Assembly: GCA_026026165.1 (NCBI GenBank)
Contig: JAPEUD010000002.1
Span: 620,001-684,000 of the forward strand
Origin: Sarea resinae
Taxonomy: Eukaryota
Direction: 5' to 3'
DNA: 64,000 nt
Of this stretch, positions 38,666 through 51,400 are shown one piece after another. A program made the position numbers and the translations under genes. How positions within the stretch are numbered: the stretch's first letter is position 1; every line of letters begins with the position of its first letter. The notes under the pieces were generated by a model, which had not been told where the DNA came from, ran no database searches, and saw only the letters and a program-made list of their open reading frames with translations.

Positions 38666-41003
38666 CTATGCAATATTCCCAGCCATTCCGAGGAAAAGAG
38701 CCTGTACGGCCAGTTGGAGGGACCAAAGCCCAACCTTCTTCAGCCGCCGCATGCGAGCTTGCTCGTCGACGACATTCCTGGCAAACGCTTCGTATGTCTG
38801 AAGAGAGATAGATCAGCACGACTGAGTTGAACGAAAAATGGCAACCAATCATTTTTGACTTACCTCGGCAGACAGATCATCGAGAAGTCCGCTATCAAAA
38901 ACGGTCCAGCTGCCGTCGAATTCGCTGGCACGTTTCACTACCCGACAGTTTATCGGGATGAAAGTTTTCCTTGAATTGATGTAGGCGACAATCGGTCTAA
39001 TCAGTGCATTATTGACGTAGGACAGATCGTTCGTGAATAGAGGGACCCCGGCCCTGACATCATTAAGATGAATTCTCAGATCCATTACCAAGAACCGTTT
39101 ATCATCGTCACTGGGATCTTTAGGCTCAGGATCAGGGCTCGGATGCTCCACAACCTCTCCTTCGCGAGCTTCATGGCTTCTGTTGAGCTGCAAGTACCGA
39201 TTCGAGGTGACTGTGGCCTCCATACTTTGGTAAAAGTCTGACATCACTTTCGCGATGCTCTCGTCATTGTCCACAGGAAACATAACGTCGGCCACGATGT
39301 CAACATTGCCCTCATGAATCCAAGAGAACGGCCCCTCGACACCACGATTGAGATGGTCGATGCTTAAGCCGTCAATACGTAGTCGACTTTGCTTTTTCCA
39401 GGGACTGGCTTCATCGCTGACCTCGACCCCGTTGTTCAATTGAACCCCGGTATGACCATGCACCTGCCGAGGATGAATCGTGAACAACGACTCGTCGAAA
39501 GAACCAGAGACCATATTGGCGGAAAGGAAATCATAGAACAGCCACTGCTTCCGCAGCTGTGGAAGATCGCAAGAGTAAACGCTGATGGAGAATGGGCGGA
39601 AATCGCCCGGCTGGTAGAGAGTGACAAGTAGGTCCTCAAGCTTAAAAGAATCCATCTCAAAGTCACCGGGCTCGTGAACGTGCTTGTAGCTTCGCGGATC
39701 TACGTATTCCTCCGGAGACTCCACAGACCTCCGATCTATAACACCCCGAACACCTTTGACCTCTACATCCCTGAGCAGTCCTTTTCCGTTGAACCACTTA
39801 TTGAACGATAGTGTGACGTTGATCGTGTCGACTGAAAGATCGAACTGCGTATAATTGGTGTCCTCTTCCTCATCGACATGGTGACTCGTCACTTCATGGG
39901 CATCTCCGCCTCTTCCTCTCTCAGCAGCCGCGGCCGCGGCCGCAGCGGTAGTCGGTGAACCCTTGCTCACTTTAGTCTTACCCTGACCTGGACGCCTGGA
40001 CAAGAAGACGTTCTTGAATGATATTACACCATCGCCCCATTTTGGGACGATAGCGGATTCGAAAACCACCTTCACACCCGAAGACTTGGTGAGGTAATTA
40101 CCGACCCCTCTGGCCAAGGTTTCTGTGTTGCTGTCAGCTCATACGAACGTGATTCGGATCAAAGGAGACTTCCTGACCTTGCGCAAATACAGTATTGACC
40201 AGGAAAATCACAAGAGAGAAAAATGTGGTAGTCCCCAGAATAATCCAAATGACATGACCTAATATAATCCAAGAAAAGAATGCGCTGATATCATCCATAT
40301 TGAATGGTCGCACGCTTCTGATAGAGAACCACTTGAATCGCACTTTAAGTCTCGACCAAAAACCTGTTGCCGCCGCCAATAGTTCCTCTTTGGTCGGCCG
40401 GTGGATCTGCGGTATCCGTGGGTGAGGTAAGTTGTTCAAGATATGCCTACTGTTTGAAGTAGTGGCACCGCCAACTACTGCCTTGTCATGAACCTTTCGG
40501 CGCTCCGAACCGGCTGCTTCTTCTGGCTTTCCGCTGGAAGCTTTGTTTGATTCCGGATTCCGACTCGCGGAGCTCTTGTTCCTTCTGGCCGCTCGGAAGG
40601 GCTTGCCGTGCACGTTGGTATGGAAGCCATTGCGAGAAGCAAGCTGTGCTACTCCAAGCAATCGCTTCCTCTCAAGTCTTTTGACCACAGCATAAGAACC
40701 ATGCTCGACCGTGGCAGCGCATGCTGTTATAGCCGCGTCTGCAGCCGACGAGGTTGGACTGACAGTGAAGGCGAAGAAGCCCCCAGAAGCAAAGCTTCGA
40801 GATAGGACATGCTTTGGAGTTTTTGAAATGTTGCTAAAGAAGGGCGGCGGATTCGGTCTGAAGATGCTGTTCCAAGTCGAGAAGGGGGAGGTAGGTGATT
40901 TAGGTATGGGTGTAAAGGTGCGCCGGCGGGCAGCGCCGTATAGCAACGGGCTTGCGGATTCCCAGACCAGAGCGCAAATCCTGCGTCCACGGCTTGTATT
41001 CAT
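38666..41003 (-). CDS. MDM31: Mitochondrial inner-membrane protein Mdm31
   Basis: Presequence-like N-terminus; RPTKEELLAAATGFWSRLKVRFKWFSIRSVRPFNMDDISAFFSW; VVFESAIVPKW; LPQLRKQWLFYDFLSA. Introns 40123-40177 and 38798-38863. Confidence 0.92.
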
Positions 41004-41562
41004 GATCTCGAGGTCATAGTGATAGTCTGATCCTGACTTCGAATCCTAACAAGATGGTAGAAAAAGGTAGGAAGAGGGAGGTCGTTTGGAGGGAAAAACA
41101 GAATGGACGGGAAAGCGTAGTACAAAAACAAGAGGTTGTAGGCAATGGAAGGTACCTCACACTCTACTACGAACTATGCGGATGAATGACGAGACAAGGT
41201 TACATACTAAGCACTCCGGAGTACTTCTGTAAGGTAGGCATTACCTAGGTACCTCAGGTATTTCCTCCGTATAAACTCCGTACGGCTAGCACCACGGTTA
41301 GCGGCACTGTACGGCAGACTACTCCGGAGTACGGTAGACGCTCGGAATATCCTCAGGCTCGGTACTCTGTCCAATCAAACAGCTTGCAACTTTTATCGAC
41401 CCGCGTGTCCCTTCACTATCAATAATTTTAGAGAAGTCGCTGTTATCTGTCTCTCATCGAAACTGCAGGCTTCACTTGGAGGAATCCCCCCACCACGGCG
41501 ACTTTAGATTAGTACGGTCAGCCTCCGCTCTTCTCGTCGCTCCTCATACCACACGCCTCAAG

Positions 41563-42392
41563 ATGCCTGCACCTACTGCACTTCTGCGGCGCCCGGAGGA
41601 GCTGGCCGAGGCCGAAGCAACGCCTCTGCCACAAGAACGTAGGTTGGCCATTGATGAATTTATCGAAAGATCCTGACTGATGATGATATAGAAGAGGACG
41701 AGATTCTCATCGATGCGAATCCGTCCGCTCTGGCAGAGACGAGCTCCGGACCCGCACAGGCCCTGCCCGAAGAAGATACAGAAATGCATATAGACGAAGA
41801 AGGACGCCCGAGATTTGCGCCGGCAAAGAACGTCGATGGACCGCTAAGAGTCGAGACGCGCAAAGTCCCTATCCCTCCACATCGCATGACGCCATTAAAA
41901 GCCTCGTGGCCAAAGATCTACCCGCCTCTAGTCGAGCATCTCAAGCTACAGGTCCGAATGAACATCAAGAATAAAGCGGTCGAGTTACGGACCTCGAAGC
42001 ACACCACAGATGCCGGTGCTCTCCAGAAGGGCGAAGATTTTGTGAAAGCCTTTACGCTGGGCTTTGACGTTGATGATGCGATCGCTCTGCTGCGACTGGA
42101 CGACCTTTACATTGAGACGTTCGAGATCAAGGACGTGAAGACCCTCAATGGGGAGCATCTGGGACGAGCTATTGGACGAATCGCTGGCAAAGATGGGAAG
42201 ACCAAATTCGCCATAGAGAATGCTAGTCGGACGCGGGTGGTATTGGCAGATCAGAAAATACATATTCTGGGTGGTTTCCAGAACATTCATGTGGCGCGGG
42301 AGGCCATTGTTAGTCTGATTTTGGGCAGTCCGCCGGGAAAGGTCTATGGCAACCTTCGTACCGTGGCATCGCGCATGAAGGAACGGTTTTGA
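41563..42392 (+). CDS. PNO1: KH-domain pre-40S factor Pno1/Dim2
   Basis: RKVPIPPHRMTPLKASWPKIYPPLVEHLKLQVRMN..RAIGRIAGKDGKTKFAIEN..GSPPGKVYGNLRTVASRMKERF. Intron 41639-41691. Confidence 0.96.
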
Positions 42393-43041
42393 TGGATTAT
42401 GGGTTGCTGACTGCATGATACCGGAGTTCAACGGGGGCGTTGGCCAAATGATTTTCCTGATATGATACGAAAAGTGAATCTTCTCATCAATATATCCTCG
42501 CAATTATAGAGCACGACGAACAGCTGCTCTCAGAATTTCCCTTGGAACTCTCTACAATCTACGGCAAATCTTATCTTTGCTTTGTGAGAGATGGACAATA
42601 GTAGGAAGTAATACACTTTGATTACTTGCCTTTGCCGTAGTGGCGTACAAAGATCCGCGGATGAACAGGGGTATATCTTTTGGGGCTCGCGGGGCCACAA
42701 ACCTTCCCCCAACGGGCCAGCACCCCGCCCATCGTGTCATCGTTTCCAATTTGACATCATTGGTGCTGGAACGGTACGACGGCGAGTGCGCTTAGATGCA
42801 ATCAATATAGCAAATGCATGACCGTAGTGAATAGAAAACCCTTGGTCAACCTACCTAATGGCAACAAATGGATCCCGATTCAAGTACCTCAACCGTACGC
42901 GTTCGGCATCTCAAGCCGTTTTGCGATATCGCACAAGCGCTTCGCCCACACGCCAGCATATATAGAACAACATCATCGTCCACCTCATCTCGTACATCTG
43001 CTATAGCAAGCCCATCTCTAACGCGAAGGTTGAAATCCAAA

Positions 43042-44270
43042 ATGTCTTCGTCTCCTCACACCTTTGCAGCCCGGGCCTCAGAAGGCTATGCCACAACCTA
43101 CGAAAATTACCGACCATCCTACCGGCCCGCCGTGGTTGATAAGCTGCTTTCCGAACTCAAAATTGCCAATCAGAAAGGAGCCAAAATCCTAGAGATTGGT
43201 GCCGGAACAGGGAAGTTCACGGAGCTGCTGGCGGCGCGCGGTGAAGGCTATGAGATCATTGCGGTAGAGCCCCATGTGGGAATGATGAAGGAACTGGAGA
43301 AGAAGGCTTTGAAAGGTGTAGTTTTGAAAGAGGGAAATGCGGCGCATATCCCCGCAGATGACGAGAGTGTGGATGCGGTCATTGTCGCGCAAGTACGTCT
43401 TACCAGTGTGCCTCGTTTGATTTGACAGTGTCAGACCTCGTGTTGCGGAACAATCTCAATTGGACTAACGGACTGTAGGCTTTTCACTGGTATGTGCAGC
43501 ATTGCTTTTCTTCTATTGGTGATCCCTTTTCAAGATATATTTTCCCCACACTGGCGACTCATCAGATGTCCCACGATTTCTAGGTTCGCAAATGAAGACT
43601 CACTGAAGGAGATACATCGTGTACTTCAGCCAGAAGGAAACCTAGGGTTGATCTGGAATGTCGACGACTGTATGTGACTCTTAAGCATTCCTTGAGACCG
43701 CTTCTCTTTCAGCGATATTTATAACACGGATCCGAACTGTTTACTGACAAGCAAATATGGCAGATAATGCACCCAAATCGTGGACGACCAAAACGCAGTA
43801 CGAAGCCAAGATCAAGGAAATAATATGGGCTACTGATGACCATCGGGCTCGTTTCCGACACGAGAAATGGCAGAACGCATTCGAGGGGCAGGTCAAGAGC
43901 ACACCGCTTACAATACCGTCGGCCGACCCTCTCTTCTCGTTGCCATTGGGGGAGGATACGGTGCCATTCACAACGTGGTTATCCGCCGAGGCGGTATGGA
44001 GTCGGCTTGCGACTCTAAGCCAGATTGCTGAGATTCCAGAGACCGAGCAAGAGGTAGGCAAAACATGGACTTTGCGTCCTCTCTTCTAGGAGCTATTTCT
44101 GGGGTGGCTTTGTGATGACCGTGCTGATCTTGATCTACGAACAGAAAATCAAGCTTCAAGTGGCTCAAATTATTCAGGAGGAACATCCTGAGACAAATGA
44201 CAAGGGCGAGATAGCATTGCACGGCTCAACCTACTTTGTATGGACGGCGAAAATACCAACACATCTTTGA
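43042..44270 (+). CDS. Class I SAM-dependent methyltransferase (Methyltransf_11-like)
   Basis: YENYRPSY, ILEIGAGTGKFT (motif I), AVEP, VDAVIVAQAFHWF, EIHRVLQPEGNLGLIWN. Introns 43393-43478, 43490-43583, about 43670-43763 and about 44054-44143. Confidence 0.88.
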
Positions 44271-44913
44271 ACACTTCTCTCATATAAGGTGATGACTATG
44301 CTATTAGATTTCGTTGATAGAGAAGGTGTGTTGCTTATGTAACAGTCATATATAGAAGGATTGCGCAGTAAATTACCCTCATATATTGCCTCGAGTGGTT
44401 GATCTCTGCTATTTGATACGCCGAGGAATAGTGTTTGATAGAGCTGTCTACAAGACTTTCTTCCCACACTCTAGTGCCTTACCCGGATTGTGAAGTAGTG
44501 AAGGCGGTGAGGAGAGCTAATAGTGAGACAGTCCGTGTGTTGCATGGGTGACCTTTCAAGATATGACGGTGTTTCCAGAAGTCTATATATTAAATCTTAC
44601 CCTCCTTACAATGGAGGTCGTGTTGAACTTACCTACCTAGGTAGTACTATCAATCCCACCTGGAAAAGCAGCTGTACATCAGTAGCAGCTAATTGAGACT
44701 ACAGTGTCGACATTGCACATCGAGCTGTAGGTGCCAGCGTAACTTCGCTTGCGCTCCGCCCGCGTTCCCGCGTTGAAGGCATGGATCCAATACCCTGTAA
44801 ACGTATCCAACCGCAACTGTAAAGTGACGTGCGATCATTCACATTCTCACGCCGGTCATCCAACCTAAAACTGCGCGCCTCGACAGTTCTCGAGCTTCGA
44901 GCTCACATTTGCC

Positions 44914-46628
44914 ATGTTTGGACCGTCGTCATCGGAAGAAAAGCCTAAGCCGACTCCTATCAAGCGCTCGCTCTTCAACAAGCCCTCATGGTCGAAGCCG
45001 CAAGCGTCAGGAGACACGGTCGACTTCTTCAGCCGATCAAACCTTGCGTATGCCGATATTGTCAAGGAGGATGAGGAGAGGCGCAAGAGAAGACTTGAGC
45101 GGAAAGCGAGAACGAATGAGCGGGCGAAACAGTCTAGTGGTGATGAGGATAGAAGTGGGAAGCGAAGGCGCATTACGGATGAGGATGAGGATGAGGACGA
45201 GGAGAGCGACAGCGATTCGGGTGGTGATGCAGAAACCAAAGGGACTGAAGTGAAAAAGGGAGATCGGAAGTGAGTCTATTGCTTCCTCCATTGGAGAAAC
45301 TCTCGACTAAGAAGTCCTGCCACAGATCGCCAAGAGCCTTTGCGACAGAACGTCGCGCATCTAATTCACATAAAGCTACCGAGGCCAAGCACGGCTCCAA
45401 TGAAGGAAACTCACGGGCCGTCGAGGAAGACATCAGCTCTGGGCCAAAAACTCGAAGTATAACGGCCGCCGCCCCATCGGCCATTATAAACCTTGACGAC
45501 GACGATGACGACGACGAAGACGGCGTGCCGAAAGTACCCTTCGAAAGCAAAGTGCGGTCCCCACCTCCACCAACCCCACCCCGCGCCAGATACGAGGTAT
45601 TCTATTCTCCGCAAAAGCTATCTCCTACGCCTGATCTCCCAGTAGAGGACCCCGACGAAGAATTCCCCGAGCTCGCGCGCAAAGCTCGGGAACGAGCCCG
45701 CCTGCGCCTAAAATCACAAGTCCCATCCAACAGCAGCACTCCCGACCCTTCTCCCTCCAATAGCGGGCCCATACAGGTTGAAGCAGGAGGAACACCTGCG
45801 CAACGAACTCCCTCCTCCCAACCGCTCGAGACCCAGGATTCAGACCCAATAGTGCACCTCCTTATCTCTTCCCCGATCCCAAACACTAAACCACTCATCG
45901 TAAAACGCCATATGTCACAAAGACTCAAGGACGCCCGTCTCGCCTGGTGCAGATGGCAGGGTTTTTCGCCTGAGATCTCGAATGCCATATTTTTAACCTG
46001 GAAGGGTAGTCGTCTGTTCGACGTCACCACCTGCAAAGCCTTAGGCGTCGATGCGGAGACCTTGGGGCGCAGAGAAGGGGCACTAGAACTCGGGATAGAT
46101 GTGATGGGAGACAAGGCCAAAGATCAGGAGGCTCAGAGACAGATCCACGTCGTTGCTGTGACCGAGGAGATCTTCATGTTCGAGCGACGACAAAGGGAAA
46201 AAGAGAGGGAGTCTGCCGCGCGCGGCAGCCAGGATTTCGAGCCCGAGGCCGATTTCGAGCTACAGGAAGTAAAAGCTCCACCGGAGAAGAGTATCAAGGT
46301 CCAGATTCGCTGCAAGGGATACCAGGACCTCCGTCTCGTCGTCAAGCCCGTAAGTCTTCTCTCCCCTTTGCTTCGCTATGTCCAGCCTAGCCCCTGGAGA
46401 GAACCCTGAGTCTAATGACCCGACCAAATGACATAGACAACACGCTTCTCCCACCTCGAGTCCGCTTTTCGCCAAGCACATAATATCCAGCTAGAACGAG
46501 AAGTCGGACTCTTCTTCGACGGCGATAGATTGAAACTCGATGATCTGGTCGGCTCGACCGAGATGGGTAGTGAAGACGGTATCGAATTCGTGGATGCGTA
46601 CGTGAAAGATGACTTGGATGAAAAGTAG
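44914..46628 (+). CDS. ESC2: RENi-family protein with tandem SUMO-like domains (Esc2/Rad60)
   Basis: Low-complexity N-terminus; SLD1 (LLISSPIPNTKPLIVKR..FLTWKGSRLFDVTTCKALG); SLD2 (VVKPTTRFSHL..LFFDGDRL). Introns 45270-45325 and 46350-46436. Confidence 0.8.
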
Positions 46629-47096
46629 TTCCTCTAAACTCGGCGCTGATGAGGTGAATGGACGGGAGTTGAGACCAGGATGGCTTTGGGCGTATGGGGT
46701 GGAGGTTTTCCCGGGATTCTCGGGAGCAGACACAGCGGATACAGCGAGCATGATTTATCTTTTATTTCAATTTTCTTTTGGGCGTTGAAAAAAAGCGTAG
46801 CGGTCATTCCAAATTACGAGCTTACTTTGATCAATTCGCATCCCACCTACCTATCGCGTCTCCTCCGAGCAGTTTCGCACCAGATACTGGCCGATGATGG
46901 GGCTCACACCTGATAGTTTAATACCCATACCTTGATAGCCCAGAAGCTCGAAACTGTCAATATCATTGTCAAGCCATGAAACCACTACTGGAGGAGGTCT
47001 CTCAGCCGCTACGAAATACAGGAATCAACAATCCATCAAACACATCCAGCGAAACGTCCGTCCCGAGCGAACTTCACTCCACACGCCCTACCCCGG

Positions 47097-47500
47097 CTAT
47101 ATTAGTAGTAGATTGGATGGATGAGTAAGACAGACACCAGTATGCGTCCCAGCGCGCGCCGTCAAGAGCAGTCAGTTCCGCTGCCTGAATGAATGAGATT
47201 GTAAGACATTCATACGACTCGATTCACCGAAGAACGCGACACGTTTCTCGCCCACCGACGCAACAGCAAGCCCGTCACCGAGACAACAGCCCGGTCCTTT
47301 TCACGCGCCGCGGACTTCCGAGGTGTAAACAGACGTCTGGGGAGACGCGCCGTGCTGGGTCTGAGACGTTCGACGATTTTTGGCTCGAAACTTCTCGGTC
47401 CGGTCAGCAAGTCTTGGGATGCAAAGATACTTTAGTAGGTAGTCGAACGTCTCAACCAAAAAGACCGGTTCGCGGAATGGCTTTGGGAGAATGTTCGCCT
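47097..47500 (-). ncRNA. Candidate structured ncRNA (pseudoknot-capable); identity unknown, strand tentative
   Basis: Perfect 13-bp inverted repeat 47362-47374/47442-47454, crossed by a 6-bp stem 47400-47405/47463-47468, with T5 and A5 tracts. No ATG-led ORF on the minus strand. Confidence 0.35.
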
Positions 47501-48401
47501 GTAAGGACTAGTAAATAGGCAAACCTGTTCCCACGTGCGCCAAAAAGACTATTATCCCGGCTCGTTCGGGCTATTGCTATTTGCCTACTGTATAGCAGCG
47601 CACCTCACATCGCCCCCATCTGTACCTACACCGTTGGGTAAGGTGAACTTCAGCTATGGTAAGGTAGGCGTGATTGGGTGCCTGGATGGCTCAAAATTGG
47701 ACACTGAATATTTTTTCTTGCTCACCCCTGGCGCTTATCGCACCTTACTTCATGCACTCGTATCTTCACTGATTTACATGTTCAATTCGACCCAGAGTAA
47801 TTCAACTCAATTCCATTCAACACGTCTATCGTCGGTGGTCCGTGATCTAACCCTAGCAGTCCCAACGGAACCTCATATGAGGTCCTTCATCATCAGCGTA
47901 CCCACCAAACAAAAAAGGGGGTAAGCACGTCCATCCTATCCATCCACTCGTGCACAGAATAAGAATCCCATTTTTACCGAGCCCCTTGACTCTAAGAGGA
48001 AAACGAAAATTACACATCGAGAGCTGTGAAAGAGCGCATTGGGGGCTACAAAACCGTCCCGGCGAATGCGCGCGCAATCGGATAGATAAAGAAGGAAACC
48101 TGAAGATCAGAACCCCGCGTTACATAGTGTATCCCGCGCTACGCCAGTAAATGCAAGACCAAGGGTGATTTTTGATTTTTGTAGTAACAGGGGACGTAAG
48201 AAGACAGATAGAAATGCGGATGTTGGGGGGTAATATTTGCCGCGCCTTGATCGACTCCTAAAGAGAAAATAGGGTATACGGTGGATGTTGGCACTCTTGA
48301 CGTTTGTTGAAAGGGCAGATCGGGTACACTCCTAGTGTCAGATAATCATATGATGGGACAACGGATGGGAAATGCGTATATCGTGTGGATAGCCAAGGCA
48401 C

Positions 48402-51400
48402 TTAGTTGAGGAAGCCCTTGCAACCAGTCGAGCCGCAAAGACACGGAATGCGATCGTCAGAGTCGAACTCGCGCTCAAATTTGTAATCGTAGGTAAGTTC
48501 CTCGTCTGTAGTGGTATAATCGTCAGCCTTTCTCCACAAATCTAGAGTGCGTGAAAAGGTGGAGCAAAAGAGAAAGGACGGGCAGAACATACTTTGAGCA
48601 ATATCCCGCAATGCGTAGATGACTATTCGCTTGCTCCCCTCGACCTTGATGATCTTCGCCGTGCAATTTGGCGTGCAACTGTGATTGATGAATCTCGCAA
48701 TCCCACCTCGTTTCGTTGCATCAATGACGGTATTCTCATCGATGCGGAAGAGGTAGCTAGAACCGATACCGCTCTTCAAGTAACGCCGTTCCCGCATATC
48801 AGCCACCTGCTGCCGCACTTTTTCGCCCACGTACTCGATGATCATGTCGTTCGCAGCGATATTTTCCATGGCATACAAGCCCCAATTGTGGATAGCGGAG
48901 CGGGCAAATTTGACAGGCTTCTTGCGTTTCTTGAGCTGGTTAAAGCGGAGGACGTCAGCATCGCCGCTTAGGACTTGCTTCTGCGCATTGATATCAGCGA
49001 CAAGACGACGGTTGTTGACACGATTAGAACGTGAAGAAGATTTCGACACGCTTTTAGCTGCGGCCAGTTTGGCGGCTTCAGTGGCAGCAGAGGTCGGATC
49101 GTTCTTTGCACGGGCTTCGCGTTCTTCGCGTGCTCTCTGTACTTTGATGCGGTGAGGCAAATATTTGGACTTTTCGGATTCGAGGATCTTTTTCGTGCCT
49201 TCTGTGCGCGCGGATCCGGTAGAGTTGGGAACATAATAGCCTTCAACCCTCGTCTCGGTACGGACTATGCCCCGTTCACCTCCGCGTTTCAGTGCCTTGA
49301 TCTCCTTTTGCTTCCATGCCCATGCGGGTAAATTGCCGAGATAGGCCGCTTTTTCGTCATGGAGGACTTCCCGGAGGAATCGGAGATCCTCGTCATCTTT
49401 AACAAGATGTTGCCACCCATCCAGATCAAGAATAATATCGTCGTCATCCTCCACTGTGCGTCTGGGTATGTCAGTGCTAACACCCCACTCAACTTCTGCT
49501 CTTGGAGCATCTTCGGCCTTCCCTTCCTCTTCCTCCAAAGGTTCTTCAGCATCTTCAACATCCTCTTCGTCTTCATCTTCACCCAATAGTTCTGCCATGA
49601 GAGCTAGTTCCTCCTTCTTTCGAAGTTCGCGTTCCTCATGTATCTGCTTCTTGGACTTCTTTTTGGCTTTAGGCTTCTTCTTGGATTTCGATTTAGGTAA
49701 AATCGAAGTCGGATCAGGCGTCTCACTTGCCCCATCTTCCATGGTCCCGATTTCTTGTCGGTCGGCTTCGGAGGCATCGGCAATGGACGAGTCGAGCTCC
49801 ATGTCGATCGTAGGAGCCGGTAGATTACTGTCCTCATCCCGAGAGATACCAAATAACTCGTCGTCTTCTTTCTGCTTCTTTCTAGCAGCCAGCTCTTTGA
49901 GCAGTCTCTTTCTCTTCTTCGCATTCATAGGCATGGACTCGGCATTACTTGCAAGATCGTCCATGATCAAGCTGTCACGATCACGATATGCATCCGAGGG
50001 TGTGGGCACGCCATCCACCATCGCCTCATCGTCGTCCATCGCGGCCCAGGAAGCACCCTTAGTTGAAGCACGCTTGGGGGTAAGGCTATCTTCGTCCATT
50101 GAGCTCATGCTCATCCGGCTCGCCGGCCTACTCTCACGTTCCTCGGTATCCCTGGTGATAGAGGTTCTATGCTCGTCTTCCGAATCTTCATCTTCTTCGT
50201 AGAATTGGTGTAGCCGGTGGTGGAGAGGTCGAATATCAACCTTCCTCGGGGCTGGTTTCTTCCGCCGTTCATCTGCAAAGCCCACAATGTGTGGTTTCAG
50301 GCCCTGTCCCTTACGGATTCGCGGGAGTGCGGTGATATTGAGAGTAGAGGAGCCTAGCGGCACGCGACGAGATACTGCAAAGTCCAAGCGCGAGTCAGGC
50401 GTTCCAATCGGTGGTGTCTGATCAGCTCTATCAACAAGGATGCCTGGCTTTTTACTATCGAAGAGGTCGGCGATCCCCAATTTTCGTCTCTTTTCGACAT
50501 GCCGGTCGGGATCTAGGTATTCATAGAGAGCCTGGCCAGCGATTCGCGACTTGATATCGCCAAGAAGTTTTTCCGTAATCTCACGTCCGACAAGTTCCAT
50601 AGCTGCTCGCACCGGGTCTAGGTCATTAGCTCTTTGCCTCTTCTCTTCTTCAATTTCTTGCTCATTTTGTAGCCTCAATTGCTCTTGTTTGGCCTTCTCC
50701 CGCTTCTGAGCCTCGAGACGCTCGGGACTCGGGCTTCGCTCATAGTTGGGATTGCCGTACTGCTGGCATTCCATATTCATTACGTAGGTGAATAAGGGTG
50801 TCATATGACACATCTTGAAGCATCTCGCCGTTTCTTCTTCACCACGACGGGAGTTTTCAAAGACAATATAGTAACCCGTGTTGTCCGCCCGAATTTCCTG
50901 CCAGTCAAACATTTTGAGACGTTTCTGTAAATGAGGTATTGTGGTACCGAGTACCGGAACATAGCAGTGCGCTATGAAGATGTACGGCTCGCGCTTTAGT
51001 TGTTCAAGGATCGGTTTAGTCTCCACGAGGGACGCAGCCGCAGGCTTTGTACTCATTCGAGGGCCCTCTGGGGGCCGAGAAGCGACTTTTGCAGATGGTC
51101 CCTTGGGCGCAGTAGGTGGAGGTTTCGAGTCTTCATCGGCTTTCTTCTCGGTTGGCATCTCTTTCTCTTCCGGTTGTTCTTGGATCCTAAAGCGTTTGAG
51201 AGCACTTTCGATGGCACGCCTACACCTGCGGCCTTCGCGGTCCCGTTCAACTCTTACCACGTAAGTGCCAATACGTTGTCCATTTCCTTCCTTCTCTGCC
51301 CTCCTTGCTGCATCGACCGCAAGACGCGGAGGTCCACCTCGCACTGGCTTGTCCTTGTACCGGATAACGCATACGCCGAGAAAGCTTCCCGTCACCGGGT

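Noticed and set aside
47355..47425. GGGTCTGAGA resembling a TPP riboswitch
   Set aside because: The downstream TGATC..GATAATAC..GCG core is absent and there is no thiamine gene nearby.
47847..47855. CTAACCCTA, a telomerase-template-like 9-mer
   Set aside because: It is on the plus strand and 3' of the candidate pseudoknot, so the order or strand is wrong for a TER. It probably lies in the SET1 3' UTR, and such 9-mers are expected by chance in 64 kb.
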